This document shows positions 7,301 to 16,571 of a DNA stretch of 64,000 nt, in pieces. Numbering within the stretch: the first letter of the stretch is position 1; every line of letters starts with the position of its first letter. The position numbers were made by a program, and so were the translations under genes. Where the stretch lies: assembly GCA_942492875.1 (NCBI GenBank), contig OW818642.1, positions 2,478,606-2,542,605 of the forward strand. Reading direction: 5' to 3'. Under the pieces are notes generated by a model, which did no database searches, was not told where the DNA came from, and saw nothing but the letters and a program-made list of their open reading frames with translations. The DNA is from an uncultured Desulfuromonadaceae bacterium (GTDB lineage: Bacteria; Desulfobacterota; Desulfuromonadia; Geobacterales; Pseudopelobacteraceae).

Positions 7301-7799
7301 AGAATTTACCGCCAGTCAATTTGGGTTTTTTACTGTCTGTGTCCACTATGTATGGCGCCTGTACGATTTTGGGATTGGGATGAAGGGCGTTATGGAGAAG
7401 GCAAACAAGGGTTCTGCCATGGCAGCAGCTGGATTAACCTGAGAGTAGAAAGACTGCAGGGCTGTTGGAGCCGGGTAAGAGATGAGGGGGGAACGAGGTC
7501 ATGGCAACTGTTGATGTTGCTGGATCAGTTCGCCATGCGTGACAATGGAAAGTTCGCAAATAATCGCTGTACTCATTCCCAGTTTATGCACCCTTTTTGA
7601 ACTCTGGGCAATATTATGCTTCCTCAATAACGCGGGTAGCCAACTAAATCACGTCAAATTCCTGTCCTCCGTGCCGTTTTATGCTTCTTTTGGTTACCAG
7701 CTTATGGTTCAAGACACAAAATATTGTGCGTGCGGGGCTGGATATTTCTGGTATATTCGAAAAATAGAAATTATGGGATCAGCACGGGAGGACACAGGG

Positions 7800-10307
7800 A
7801 TGGTTCAAAAAAAGAAACGCACAATAATTAACTCACCGGGTTTGACGGAGTTGCCGCCACTGTCGCTGGACGCATCCGGCCTGGTCCACGATTACCGGCG
7901 GTATTTCACCTATACCCTCGGCCAGAATAAATACTGCCATTCGGTCAAATATTTTTACAAGGCTCTGGCGCTGACGGTTCGCGACCGGTTGATGGAACGA
8001 TGGAAGATGACCCGTTACACGTACGTCGAGTCAGGATGCAAGCATGGTTATTATCTGTCGCTTGAATTTCTGATGGGGCGGGCTCTCGGTAATGCCATGC
8101 TGAATATCGGCATAACCGATGCCGCTACAGAGGCGATGGGGCAGCTCGGCATCAAGCTGGAAGAGCTGGCCGAGGCCGAGGTTGATGCCGGTTTGGGCAA
8201 CGGCGGACTCGGGCGTTTGGCGGCCTGCTTTCTCGACAGTTGTGCCACCCTGCAGTTGCCGGTTATGGGGTATGGTCTTCGCTATGAATACGGCATGTTT
8301 CGCCAGCGGATCGTGGATGGGCGGCAGATTGAGGAGCCTGACCACTGGTTGCTGGACGGTAACCCCTGGGAACAGGAGCGCCCGGAATATACCCAGCGCG
8401 TCCGTTTCGGCGGCCGCTGTGAACACTTTACTACCGAGAGTGGCGGGTCGCGTGTCCGCTGGGTCGACAGCCGGGATGTGCTGGCGGTCCCCTACGATAT
8501 TCCGATCCCCGGGTATCGTAATGGCACCGTCAACACGCTGCGCCTCTGGAAAGCGGCTGCCACCGATGTCTTTGATCTCGGTGAATTCAATGCCGGCGAC
8601 TATGCCGAATCGGTCGCCACCAAGAATGAAGCCGAAAATATCACGATGGTGCTTTACCCGAACGATGCCAGCGAAAACGGTAAAGTCCTCCGTTTGCGCC
8701 AGCAGTATTTTCTCGCCTCCGCCAGTCTGCAGGACGTTGTTGAACGCTGGGTAATGGTGCGCAAGGGGGACTTCAGTAAATTTGCAGTCAGTAACTGTTT
8801 TCAGCTGAACGACACCCATCCAAGCTGTGCCGTGCCCGAGCTGATGCGGATTCTGATAGACGAACAGGGGATGGGGTGGGATCAGGCCTGGGGGATTACC
8901 TGTCAGACGATGGCGTATACCAATCATACCCTGCTTCCGGAAGCACTGGAAAAATGGCCTTTACCGCTTTTTGGCCAACTTCTGCCCCGTATTCTGGAGA
9001 TAATTCTGGAGATCAACGCCCGCTTCATCTTCGAGGTTTCCGGCCGCTGGCCAGGTGATAACGAGCGGATCAGGCGCATGTCCATCATTGAGGAGGGTGC
9101 GGTTCCCCAGGTGCGGATGGCGTATCTGGCGATAGTCGGGAGTTTTTCCGTCAACGGTGTCGCTGCGCTGCACTCTCAACTCCTTACCCAGGGGCTGTTC
9201 CGCGATTTTTATGAACTCTGGCCGGCCAAGTTCAACAACAAGACCAACGGTGTGACGCCGCGCCGCTGGATCGCCAACAGCAACCCCGGATTAAGTCGAA
9301 TGGTGAGCGAAAAGATCGGCGAGGGGTGGGTGGGCGACCTGCAGCAGATCAACAGGATTGCCGCTCTTGCGGATGATCCGCAGTTCCGGCAGCAGTGGCA
9401 TGATGTCAAGCAGGGGAACAAGGAGCGTCTTGCGGCTCTTGTGCAGGCCCAGTGTGATGTTGCATTCAAGCCTGAGGCTCTTTTCGATGTCCAGGTCAAG
9501 AGGATCCATGAGTATAAGAGGCAGCTCCTCAACATACTGCACGTCATCCACCTGTATGATCGTATCAAGCGCGGCGATACTGCCGGTTGGACCGATCGCT
9601 GCGTGCTGATCGGCGGGAAGGCTGCGCCCGGGTATGTCATGGCCAAGCTGATCATCAAGCTGGTCAACAATGTGGCGCAGGTGATAAATGCCGATCCGAT
9701 GGTCGGGGACAGGCTCAAGGTGGCATTTCTCCCCAATTACAGCGTGACCGCCATGGAGGTTATCTGTCCCGGCACCGACCTGTCTGAGCAGTTGTCAACG
9801 GCCGGCAAGGAAGCTTCAGGGACCGGTAACATGAAGTTCATGATGAATGGCGCGGTGACCATCGGCACCCTGGATGGTGCCAATATCGAGATCCGTGAGG
9901 AGGTTGGCGACGACAATTTCTTCATGTTCGGCCTGACGAGCGAAGAGGTCGATGAACTGCGTCAGCGCTACGATCCGCAGGGGACCATCAACCACGACGA
10001 CGATTTGCAGCGGGTTATGAACCTCCTCCGCTGCGGTCACTTCAGCCTGTTTGAGGGGGGGCTCTTCAATCCGATCATCGACGCGATCTGCTCGCCTCAT
10101 GATCCCTGGATGGTTGCTGCAGACTTCCGCAGCTTCATTGATGCTCAGCAGCGGGTCTCGGTGGCGTATCAGGATCGGGAGCGCTGGGTCCGCATGAGCA
10201 TCATGAACACCGCTTGCAGCGGCAAGTTCTCCACCGATCGTACGATCAGCGAATACAACGAGGATATCTGGCACCTGAAGGCAACATCGATCTGTGATGG
10301 GGAATAA
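7800..10307 (+). CDS. glgP: Glycogen/alpha-glucan phosphorylase
   Basis: Contains the PLP-lysine signature EASGTGNMKFMMNG and the conserved GT35 core. The likely start is the ATG at 7800 after GGGAGG. The track ORF from 7539 adds an implausible hydrophobic extension. Confidence 0.9.
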   Translation: MVQKKKRTIINSPGLTELPPLSLDASGLVHDYRRYFTYTLGQNKYCHSVKYFYKALALTVRDRLMERWKMTRYTYVESGCKHGYYLSLEFLMGRALGNAMLNIGITDAATEAMGQLGIKLEELAEAEVDAGLGNGGLGRLAACFLDSCATLQLPVMGYGLRYEYGMFRQRIVDGRQIEEPDHWLLDGNPWEQERPEYTQRVRFGGRCEHFTTESGGSRVRWVDSRDVLAVPYDIPIPGYRNGTVNTLRLWKAAATDVFDLGEFNAGDYAESVATKNEAENITMVLYPNDASENGKVLRLRQQYFLASASLQDVVERWVMVRKGDFSKFAVSNCFQLNDTHPSCAVPELMRILIDEQGMGWDQAWGITCQTMAYTNHTLLPEALEKWPLPLFGQLLPRILEIILEINARFIFEVSGRWPGDNERIRRMSIIEEGAVPQVRMAYLAIVGSFSVNGVAALHSQLLTQGLFRDFYELWPAKFNNKTNGVTPRRWIANSNPGLSRMVSEKIGEGWVGDLQQINRIAALADDPQFRQQWHDVKQGNKERLAALVQAQCDVAFKPEALFDVQVKRIHEYKRQLLNILHVIHLYDRIKRGDTAGWTDRCVLIGGKAAPGYVMAKLIIKLVNNVAQVINADPMVGDRLKVAFLPNYSVTAMEVICPGTDLSEQLSTAGKEASGTGNMKFMMNGAVTIGTLDGANIEIREEVGDDNFFMFGLTSEEVDELRQRYDPQGTINHDDDLQRVMNLLRCGHFSLFEGGLFNPIIDAICSPHDPWMVAADFRSFIDAQQRVSVAYQDRERWVRMSIMNTACSGKFSTDRTISEYNEDIWHLKATSICDGE

Positions 10308-10337
10308 AGGTCTCTTTGCCGCTGCCGGACGTGTTGG

Positions 10338-13016
10338 TTGAGTATGGACGTTATTACTACTCATACGAATGCTGATTTTGACTGTCTGGGCGCCATGACG
10401 GCGGCACTGCGTCTCTACCCCGGTGCGCAGCTCTCGTTTCCGGGCTCGCAGGAGAAGGGGGTGCGTGATTTCGCCCGGCGCTATCCGGACTACCTGCCGC
10501 AATTCACCCGTGCCAAAGATATCAATCTGGAAGCAATCACGCGCCTGATCATTGTTGATTGCCAGCAGGGCACCCGCATTGGCCGCTTCGCCGAGATCCT
10601 GGGTCGCCCCTCCCTGGAAATTCACATCTACGACCACCACCCGGTGGCGGACGAAAGCATCACCGCGACAGGAGGAGTGGTCGTTGCCTGCGGCTCGGCC
10701 TCGACTATTCTGGCCGCCAGGCTGATGGAGAAGGGTGTTTCACTGAGCGAAGAAGAGGCTACCATGGTCATGCTCGGGATTCACGAGGATACGGGGCGCC
10801 TGCTGTTTGCGTCGACAACGCCGGAGGATTACCGGGTCGCAGGTTGGCTGTTGGCGCAGGGAGCCCGGCTCACTATTGTTAACGATGCGCTGACGCCGGA
10901 GTTGACCAAGGCGCAGATGGGGCTCCTGAAACAGCTGCTGACCACGCTCAAGACCAGTTCGGTGAATGGGGTTGCCATATCTGTTGCATACGCCTCCTGC
11001 GATCATTATATCGGCGATATCGCTTCGCTGGCTCACCTGATGCGCGATATGGAAAACATGGACGCGCTCTTTTTGGCGGTAGCCATGGAAGGCCACGTTT
11101 ACCTGGTGGGGCGCAGCCACATTCCTGAAATAGATGCCGGTGAAATCATGAAGGGTTTTCAGGGGGGCGGCCACGCCACCGCCGCTTCGGCGGTCGTGCA
11201 TAACCGGTCGCTGAAGCTTGTGCTGGAGCAACTTGACCGATTGCTGCAGCTCTCCGTCAAGGGAGAGGCGACAGCAGGGAGCATCATGTCTGCGCCGGTC
11301 AAGACCATGCCAGATTCGGTCAGCATTTCCGGGGCCAGGGAGCTTCTTACCCGTTACAATTGCAATGCCATGCCGGTCGTGGTCGGAGAAACAATGGTCG
11401 GGGTTATCTCGCGCAAAACGGTCGAGAAGGCGCTCCATCACGGGCTTGGCGACTTGCCGGTAACGGACTTCATGCATACCGACTACCTTTCCGCAACTCC
11501 TGATACCCCCATTGCCGATATCCAGTCTTACATGGTGACCGGTAATCGCCGTTTCGTACCGGTTTTCAAGGGGACGCTCCTTGCGGGAGCGGTGACGCGG
11601 ACAGATCTGATGCGTCATATCTACGGAGCGCGTCATGGGCGGGGGGGCGTGCTCTATGATCTCGATTCGCTGGAAATCCCGACCCGGACCCGCTCGGTCG
11701 CAGGGCTGATGGGCAAACGGCTTGCGGCAGAGGTTCGTGAAACCTTGCACAGGCTGGGCGAGGTCGGTGATGGATTGGGTCTTTCCGTCTACGTTGTCGG
11801 CGGTTTTGTGCGTGACCTGCTGTTGGGTGCGGATAACCTGGATATCGATGTAACCATTGAAGGTGACGGCGTTTTCTTCGCAGAATGTTTTGCCGAACGC
11901 TATGGCGGCAGGGTGCGCAGCCACAAAAAATTCGGTACGGCGGTGCTTGTCCTGCCGGACGACAGCAAGATCGATGTGGCCAGCACCCGTCTGGAGTATT
12001 ACGAATCCCCCGGCGCCCTGCCGACGGTTGAACGCTCATCACTCCGCCATGACCTGTACCGGCGTGATTTTACGATCAACACGCTGGCAATCTGCATCAA
12101 CGGTGACCGCTTCGGTCATTTGACCGACTATTTCGGTGGCCAGCAGGACCTTCAGGAACGGGTTGTCAGGGTGATGCATAATCTGTCGTTTGTAGAGGAT
12201 CCGACTCGTGTGTTCCGGGCGATCCGCTTTGAACAGCGCCTCGGTTTCCATATTGCACCGCATACCGAAAACCTGATACGGAGTGCCGTGAGGATGCACC
12301 TCCTCGACAAGTTGGGGGGGGAGCGCCTGCAGAGTGAACTTGTGCAGATCCTGTGTGAAAAGGATCCGTCAGCGGCCATCGGGCGCATGTCTTCTTTCGG
12401 GCTCCTGCCGTTTATTCATCCCGCGCTCAAGCTGGTGCCTGCCACTAAGCGGGTGCTGGAGGAAGCGAGGGAGGTCATGGCCTGGTTCCGGCTGCTCTAT
12501 CTGGAGGATCGTTGTGAGCCATGGCAGGTGTATTTTATGGCATTATGCGACGGATTGAAGCCCGACGAGTTCAGGGATGCCTGCGGGCGCCTGGCAGTTC
12601 CGGGGCGTCTTGCCGTACGTCTCTGCAGTCAGCGCCATCTGGTTTTTGCAACAATGAAGGCGGTCAAGCGCCGTTTGAAGCAGGCAGCCGAAATACGTAA
12701 CAGCCAGCTGTTTGTCTGGTTCGGCGATTTCACGCTGGAGGTGTTGTTGTATCTGGCGGCAAGGGCCAGTAGCGAAGAGGTCAGGCGCTTTGTGTCGCTC
12801 TACCTTGCCCGGCTGCGCACCGTTGTCCCGCTGCTGGGGGGGGATGATCTGCGTGGGCTCGGTCTGGAGCCCGGCCCCCTGGTGGGACAGGTCAAGGAGC
12901 GTTTGCTGCAGGCGCGTCTTGATGGCGAAGTGAGCAGTCGCGAGGAGGAGGAGGCTCTGGTGCGTTCCCTGGTTTTAGTGCGTTCAAGCCGAGGTAATGC
13001 CAGCAAAACCGGGTAG
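10338..13016 (+). CDS. Multidomain tRNA nucleotidyltransferase/poly(A) polymerase family enzyme with N-terminal DHH-DHHA1 phosphoesterase and tandem CBS domains
   Basis: N-terminus has a DHH motif (IYDHHP) and a DHHA1-like GGGH. The middle has a CBS pair. The C-terminus has the class-II nucleotidyltransferase head (VYVVGGFVRDLLLG...DIDV) and RxxRF..Q.F.I motifs. Confidence 0.7.
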   Translation: MSMDVITTHTNADFDCLGAMTAALRLYPGAQLSFPGSQEKGVRDFARRYPDYLPQFTRAKDINLEAITRLIIVDCQQGTRIGRFAEILGRPSLEIHIYDHHPVADESITATGGVVVACGSASTILAARLMEKGVSLSEEEATMVMLGIHEDTGRLLFASTTPEDYRVAGWLLAQGARLTIVNDALTPELTKAQMGLLKQLLTTLKTSSVNGVAISVAYASCDHYIGDIASLAHLMRDMENMDALFLAVAMEGHVYLVGRSHIPEIDAGEIMKGFQGGGHATAASAVVHNRSLKLVLEQLDRLLQLSVKGEATAGSIMSAPVKTMPDSVSISGARELLTRYNCNAMPVVVGETMVGVISRKTVEKALHHGLGDLPVTDFMHTDYLSATPDTPIADIQSYMVTGNRRFVPVFKGTLLAGAVTRTDLMRHIYGARHGRGGVLYDLDSLEIPTRTRSVAGLMGKRLAAEVRETLHRLGEVGDGLGLSVYVVGGFVRDLLLGADNLDIDVTIEGDGVFFAECFAERYGGRVRSHKKFGTAVLVLPDDSKIDVASTRLEYYESPGALPTVERSSLRHDLYRRDFTINTLAICINGDRFGHLTDYFGGQQDLQERVVRVMHNLSFVEDPTRVFRAIRFEQRLGFHIAPHTENLIRSAVRMHLLDKLGGERLQSELVQILCEKDPSAAIGRMSSFGLLPFIHPALKLVPATKRVLEEAREVMAWFRLLYLEDRCEPWQVYFMALCDGLKPDEFRDACGRLAVPGRLAVRLCSQRHLVFATMKAVKRRLKQAAEIRNSQLFVWFGDFTLEVLLYLAARASSEEVRRFVSLYLARLRTVVPLLGGDDLRGLGLEPGPLVGQVKERLLQARLDGEVSSREEEEALVRSLVLVRSSRGNASKTG

Positions 13017-13100
13017 TTATTGAAAACTGACTTGACTGGATGGGCTTTGACGTGTTATCTCCATAAAAGTAAAATTCACTGGGTTTGATGAGGGAACAGA

Positions 13101-13493
13101 ATGAAACAGTTTAAAAAACTTGTCGCGGTCATGACGCTGGTTGCTCTGCTATCAACAGCTTCTTCGGTATTTGCTGCAGATAATATGCTTGAGGAAGTGT
13201 TTACCGATGCCTTTTACGGCGCCGCCATCGGCGGGCTCGTTGGCGGTGCTCTCATGATTTTTAAATCGCACCCGTCTGATCATTTCAATTATATAGCGTA
13301 CGGAGCGGCAACCGGCGTTCTGGCAGGTACTGCATTCGGCGTGGCCAAGTCAGCTCGCGCATTTGCTGAAGTCGAAAACGGCCGCGTACGGGTTGCTCTT
13401 CCGACCATCACCCCCGAACTTTTGATTACGCCCGGCTCAGGGCGTACCACCGTTGCCTGGAAAGCCGATCTGATTCGCGGCACGTTCAACTAG
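13101..13493 (+). CDS. Small exported protein with glycine-zipper motif
   Basis: Signal peptide (LVALLSTASSVFA). The GAAIGGLVGGAL and AYGAATGVLAG motifs are glycine-zipper-like. Confidence 0.5.
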   Translation: MKQFKKLVAVMTLVALLSTASSVFAADNMLEEVFTDAFYGAAIGGLVGGALMIFKSHPSDHFNYIAYGAATGVLAGTAFGVAKSARAFAEVENGRVRVALPTITPELLITPGSGRTTVAWKADLIRGTFN

Positions 13494-13524
13494 TTTCCCA
13501 AAAAACAGGAACATCTGTTCAGAA

Positions 13525-13555
13525 CCCGCCGGATGAATCCAGCGGGTTTTTTTTA
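13525..13555 (+). terminator. Rho-independent terminator
   Basis: Stem CCCGCCGG/CCAGCGGG followed by T9. Confidence 0.6.
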
Positions 13556-13620
13556 TGTGCCACCGGCCGTTTGAAATTTGCTATAACGTGCCACAACATA
13601 TCCATACTTGAGGAGAGAAA

Positions 13621-13935
13621 ATGTCAGAGTTCAAAAATGTCACCGTTGTCAAAAAGGCCAATATCTATTTTGGCGGTCAGGTCGTCAGTCATACGGTTCT
13701 GTTTGCTGATGGCACCAAAAAGACTCTGGGGGTCATGCAGGCGGGAGAGTATGAATTTTCCACCGCTGCCGCTGAAATCATGGAGATTCTGTCGGGGGAG
13801 CTTGAGTGGCAGCTGAAGGGCGGGTCTGATTGGCAAAAGGTCGTTGGCGGTGAGGCGTTTGATGTGCCGGCCAATGCCGTCTTTCTGCTGAAAGTGCCGG
13901 TCGTCACCGATTACTGCTGCTCCTACATCGGCTGA
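13621..13935 (+). CDS. ppnP: Pyrimidine/purine nucleoside phosphorylase PpnP (DUF1255, YaiE-like cupin)
   Basis: 104 aa. The pattern VGVMQAGEYEFSTAAAEIMEILSGELEW resembles E. coli YaiE. Preceded by a GAGGAG RBS. Confidence 0.55.
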   Translation: MSEFKNVTVVKKANIYFGGQVVSHTVLFADGTKKTLGVMQAGEYEFSTAAAEIMEILSGELEWQLKGGSDWQKVVGGEAFDVPANAVFLLKVPVVTDYCCSYIG

Positions 13936-13948
13936 ACCTGCCATTACC

Positions 13949-14878
13949 GTGGCCACTATTTCTGACCATCCTGTTGTCGGCCGCTTTGCCCCTTCCCCGA
14001 CCGGTGCGCTGCATACCGGTTCACTGGTGGCGGCGGTGGGGAGTTATCTCATGGCGAAGCAGGGGGGCGGCCGTTGGCTGCTCCGTCTGGATGATCTGGA
14101 TGCGCCGCGTCAGGTGCCCGGAATGGCGGATGATATCCTGCGGACACTGGAGTCGTTCGGTCTGTTCTGGGATGGGGAGGTCGCCTTTCAGAGCAGACAC
14201 CTGAACGACTATCAGCATTTCTTTGAGCTGCTGCTGCAGGAGGGGAGTGTCTATCCCTGCTGCTGTTCGCGCAAGGAGATCGCCAGGAGCGCCTCGGCGC
14301 CGCACCCGGGTGAAGATGGCATACCATATCCCGGTACCTGTCGGAGGGGAGTGACGGCTGGTTCGCTCATACGCTCCTGGAGGGTCAGGGTGCCGGAGGG
14401 GGAGGTCTGCTTTTCTGATCTGCGCAAGGGTTCTTTGTGTCAGAAGCTCTCATGCGTCTCGGGTGATTTCGTCGTCAGGCGCGGCGACGGGGAGTTCGCC
14501 TATCAGCTGGCGGTTGTTGTCGATGATTACCTGGCTGGTGTAAACCAGGTGGTGCGCGGGGAGGATCTGCTCGGCTCAACGGCACGCCAGATACACCTGC
14601 AGAGCCTTCTCGGTTTTCCGCAGCCGGAATATTGCCACCTGCCGCTGGTGACCGGACCGGATGGTTTGAAGCTGAGCAAGCGTGACCACCTTGTTTCATC
14701 TCAACGTGGCAATGTGGCCGGGAGGGAGCGGACCCTGCTTTTTGCGGTACTTCGCTTTCTCGGTCAGAACCCACCCGCGGAGCTTGCCGAATGCTCCTGC
14801 AGCGCCATTCTGGAGTGGGGTGTCACTCATTTCAGCCGGCTTCATCTGCCCGCCAGTGGCGGTGTGCTTGAAATATGA
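13949..14878 (+). CDS. gluQ: tRNA glutamyl-Q(34) synthetase (GluQRS)
   Basis: N-terminal RFAPSPTGALHTGS class-I HIGH-like motif. Truncated GluRS catalytic core, with a cysteine cluster and FAYQLAVVVDD. Confidence 0.75.
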   Translation: MATISDHPVVGRFAPSPTGALHTGSLVAAVGSYLMAKQGGGRWLLRLDDLDAPRQVPGMADDILRTLESFGLFWDGEVAFQSRHLNDYQHFFELLLQEGSVYPCCCSRKEIARSASAPHPGEDGIPYPGTCRRGVTAGSLIRSWRVRVPEGEVCFSDLRKGSLCQKLSCVSGDFVVRRGDGEFAYQLAVVVDDYLAGVNQVVRGEDLLGSTARQIHLQSLLGFPQPEYCHLPLVTGPDGLKLSKRDHLVSSQRGNVAGRERTLLFAVLRFLGQNPPAELAECSCSAILEWGVTHFSRLHLPASGGVLEI

Positions 14879-15154
14879 CCGGGGCTCATCTTAGCTGTTA
14901 TCATTTCGACCAGAGAAAACACGCAAAACACCCTTGCCTTGTCCCTGCTTTCGTGCCGGCAGGTATGACCTGAAGAATCATTCCGTCTTTGCACGCGAAG
15001 AGCCGCTTTCAATCCCTCTGATATCGCGTGCATCCTCCACCAATTTCCCAGTTTACACCTTGATTCTACGATAGTTGCATGGTATTTGTATCTACCGTAC
15101 CAGCCAGACACCGATGTGGATTTACACATACATAAAAGCACCCGAGGGGGGAAC

Positions 15155-16132
15155 ATGGAAAAGCTGAAGGTTCATTACCGTGAATTAGGGTTGTCAAACA
15201 CGAGGGAGATGTTTAGCAAGGCAATGGCCGGTAAGTATGCCATTCCTGCCTACAATTTCAACAACCTCGAGCAGCTTCAGGCGATCATAACCGCCTGTGT
15301 TGAAACCAACTCTCCGGTTATTATCCAGGTCTCCAAGGGTGCCCGTAGCTACGCAAACGAAACCATGCTTCGCTGTATGGCGATGGGAGCCGTGCAAATG
15401 GCGCGTGAGGCTGGATCCAATATCCCGATCTGTCTGCACCTTGATCACGGCGACAGTTTTGAGCTGTGCAAATCCTGTGTCGACAGCGGCTTCTCCTCCG
15501 TCATGATCGACGGCTCGCATCTGCCGTTTGAAGAGAATGTGGCACTTGCCAAAAAAGTCGTTGATTACGCCCATCAGTTTGATGTTACGGTGGAGGCCGA
15601 GTTAGGTGTCCTGGCCGGCATTGAGGATGAGGTTTCCGCTGAACACTCCACCTATACGAAGCCGGAAGAGGTTGAAGAGTTTGTGAAGAAGACCGGGGTT
15701 GATTCACTGGCGATCTCTATCGGAACCAGTCATGGTGCCTACAAATTCAAGGCAGGACAGCCGGTTCCGCCACTCCGTTTCGATATTCTGGATGAATGCG
15801 AAAAACGGATTCCCGGTTTTCCGATCGTACTTCATGGTGCCTCGTCGGTGGTTCAGGAGTATGTTGCACTGATCAACCAGTATGGCGGAAATCTTGAAGG
15901 GGCTGTCGGCATTCCCGAGGAACAGTTACGTCAGGCGGCAGCGAGCGCTGTCTGCAAGATCAATATCGATTCTGACGGCAGGCTGGCCGTTACCGCAAAA
16001 ATCCGTGAATATTTCGCCAAAGACCCGAAAGAGTTTGATCCACGTAAATATCTTGGTGCCGCGCGCAACGAGCTGGTCAAGCTGGTGAAGCATAAGAACG
16101 AGGCGGTTCTCGGTTCGGCCGGGAAGGCCTGA
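15155..16132 (+). CDS. fba: Class II fructose-1,6-bisphosphate aldolase
   Basis: Motifs VIIQVS, HLDHG, SVMIDGS, GTSHGAYKF, HGAS. Start at the ATG at 15155 after GAGGGGGG. Confidence 0.85.
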   Translation: MEKLKVHYRELGLSNTREMFSKAMAGKYAIPAYNFNNLEQLQAIITACVETNSPVIIQVSKGARSYANETMLRCMAMGAVQMAREAGSNIPICLHLDHGDSFELCKSCVDSGFSSVMIDGSHLPFEENVALAKKVVDYAHQFDVTVEAELGVLAGIEDEVSAEHSTYTKPEEVEEFVKKTGVDSLAISIGTSHGAYKFKAGQPVPPLRFDILDECEKRIPGFPIVLHGASSVVQEYVALINQYGGNLEGAVGIPEEQLRQAAASAVCKINIDSDGRLAVTAKIREYFAKDPKEFDPRKYLGAARNELVKLVKHKNEAVLGSAGKA

Positions 16133-16167
16133 TAGCCACAGCAGCGTGTTATCTCAGGAGGTTGCAA

Positions 16168-16542
16168 ATGAGTACCCGCAAATTTTCTCGCGTACAATTT
16201 AACGTCGGGGCTACGGTCAGGATCGGCGATCGACAGTTCCACGGCGCAGTCGAAAACCTCAGCATGACCGGGATGTTTCTGGTAACCAACGAACAGCTTG
16301 AAGAGGGTGATACGGCCGATATCACGATCGCATTGACGGGAACACTCCCGGAAATAGCGGTGAACTTTACCGGCGTTGTTACCCGTCTGACCGAGGATGG
16401 GGTCGGGTTCACATTTGAAAAGATGGACCTTGATTCGTACACGCATCTAAAGAATATCATCGCCTATAATATTGATGATGCAGAAAAAGTTATGGAAGAG
16501 ATCGGGCATTCCATTGATGAAAAATTTGCTACAGATAAATAA
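16168..16542 (+). CDS. PilZ-domain protein
   Basis: RKFSRV (RxxxR) plus ENLSMTGMFL (D/NxSxxG) c-di-GMP-binding motifs. An AGGAGG RBS sits 6 nt upstream. Confidence 0.6.
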   Translation: MSTRKFSRVQFNVGATVRIGDRQFHGAVENLSMTGMFLVTNEQLEEGDTADITIALTGTLPEIAVNFTGVVTRLTEDGVGFTFEKMDLDSYTHLKNIIAYNIDDAEKVMEEIGHSIDEKFATDK

Positions 16543-16571
16543 AGACCGGTCACGGGATTGAGGAAGCCATT

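Noticed and set aside
7244-7799. ORF 7244..7600 and the 5' extension of the glgP ORF from 7539
   Set aside because: 7244..7600 lies in the AT-rich XRE leader and GC transition, with no RBS. The glgP family N-terminus aligns from about MVQKKKRT (7800), which has a GGGAGG RBS. The upstream extension is hydrophobic junk.
8031-12042. Long antisense ORFs inside glgP and the DHH-CBS-CCA gene (for example 8031..8927 minus, 8119..8754 plus, 9209..9736 minus, 9816..10640 minus, 10740..11924 minus, 11566..12042 minus)
   Set aside because: High-GC DNA gives long stop-free antisense frames. These have Arg/Ala/Pro-rich low-complexity composition and no start/RBS context, and they overlap strongly supported genes.
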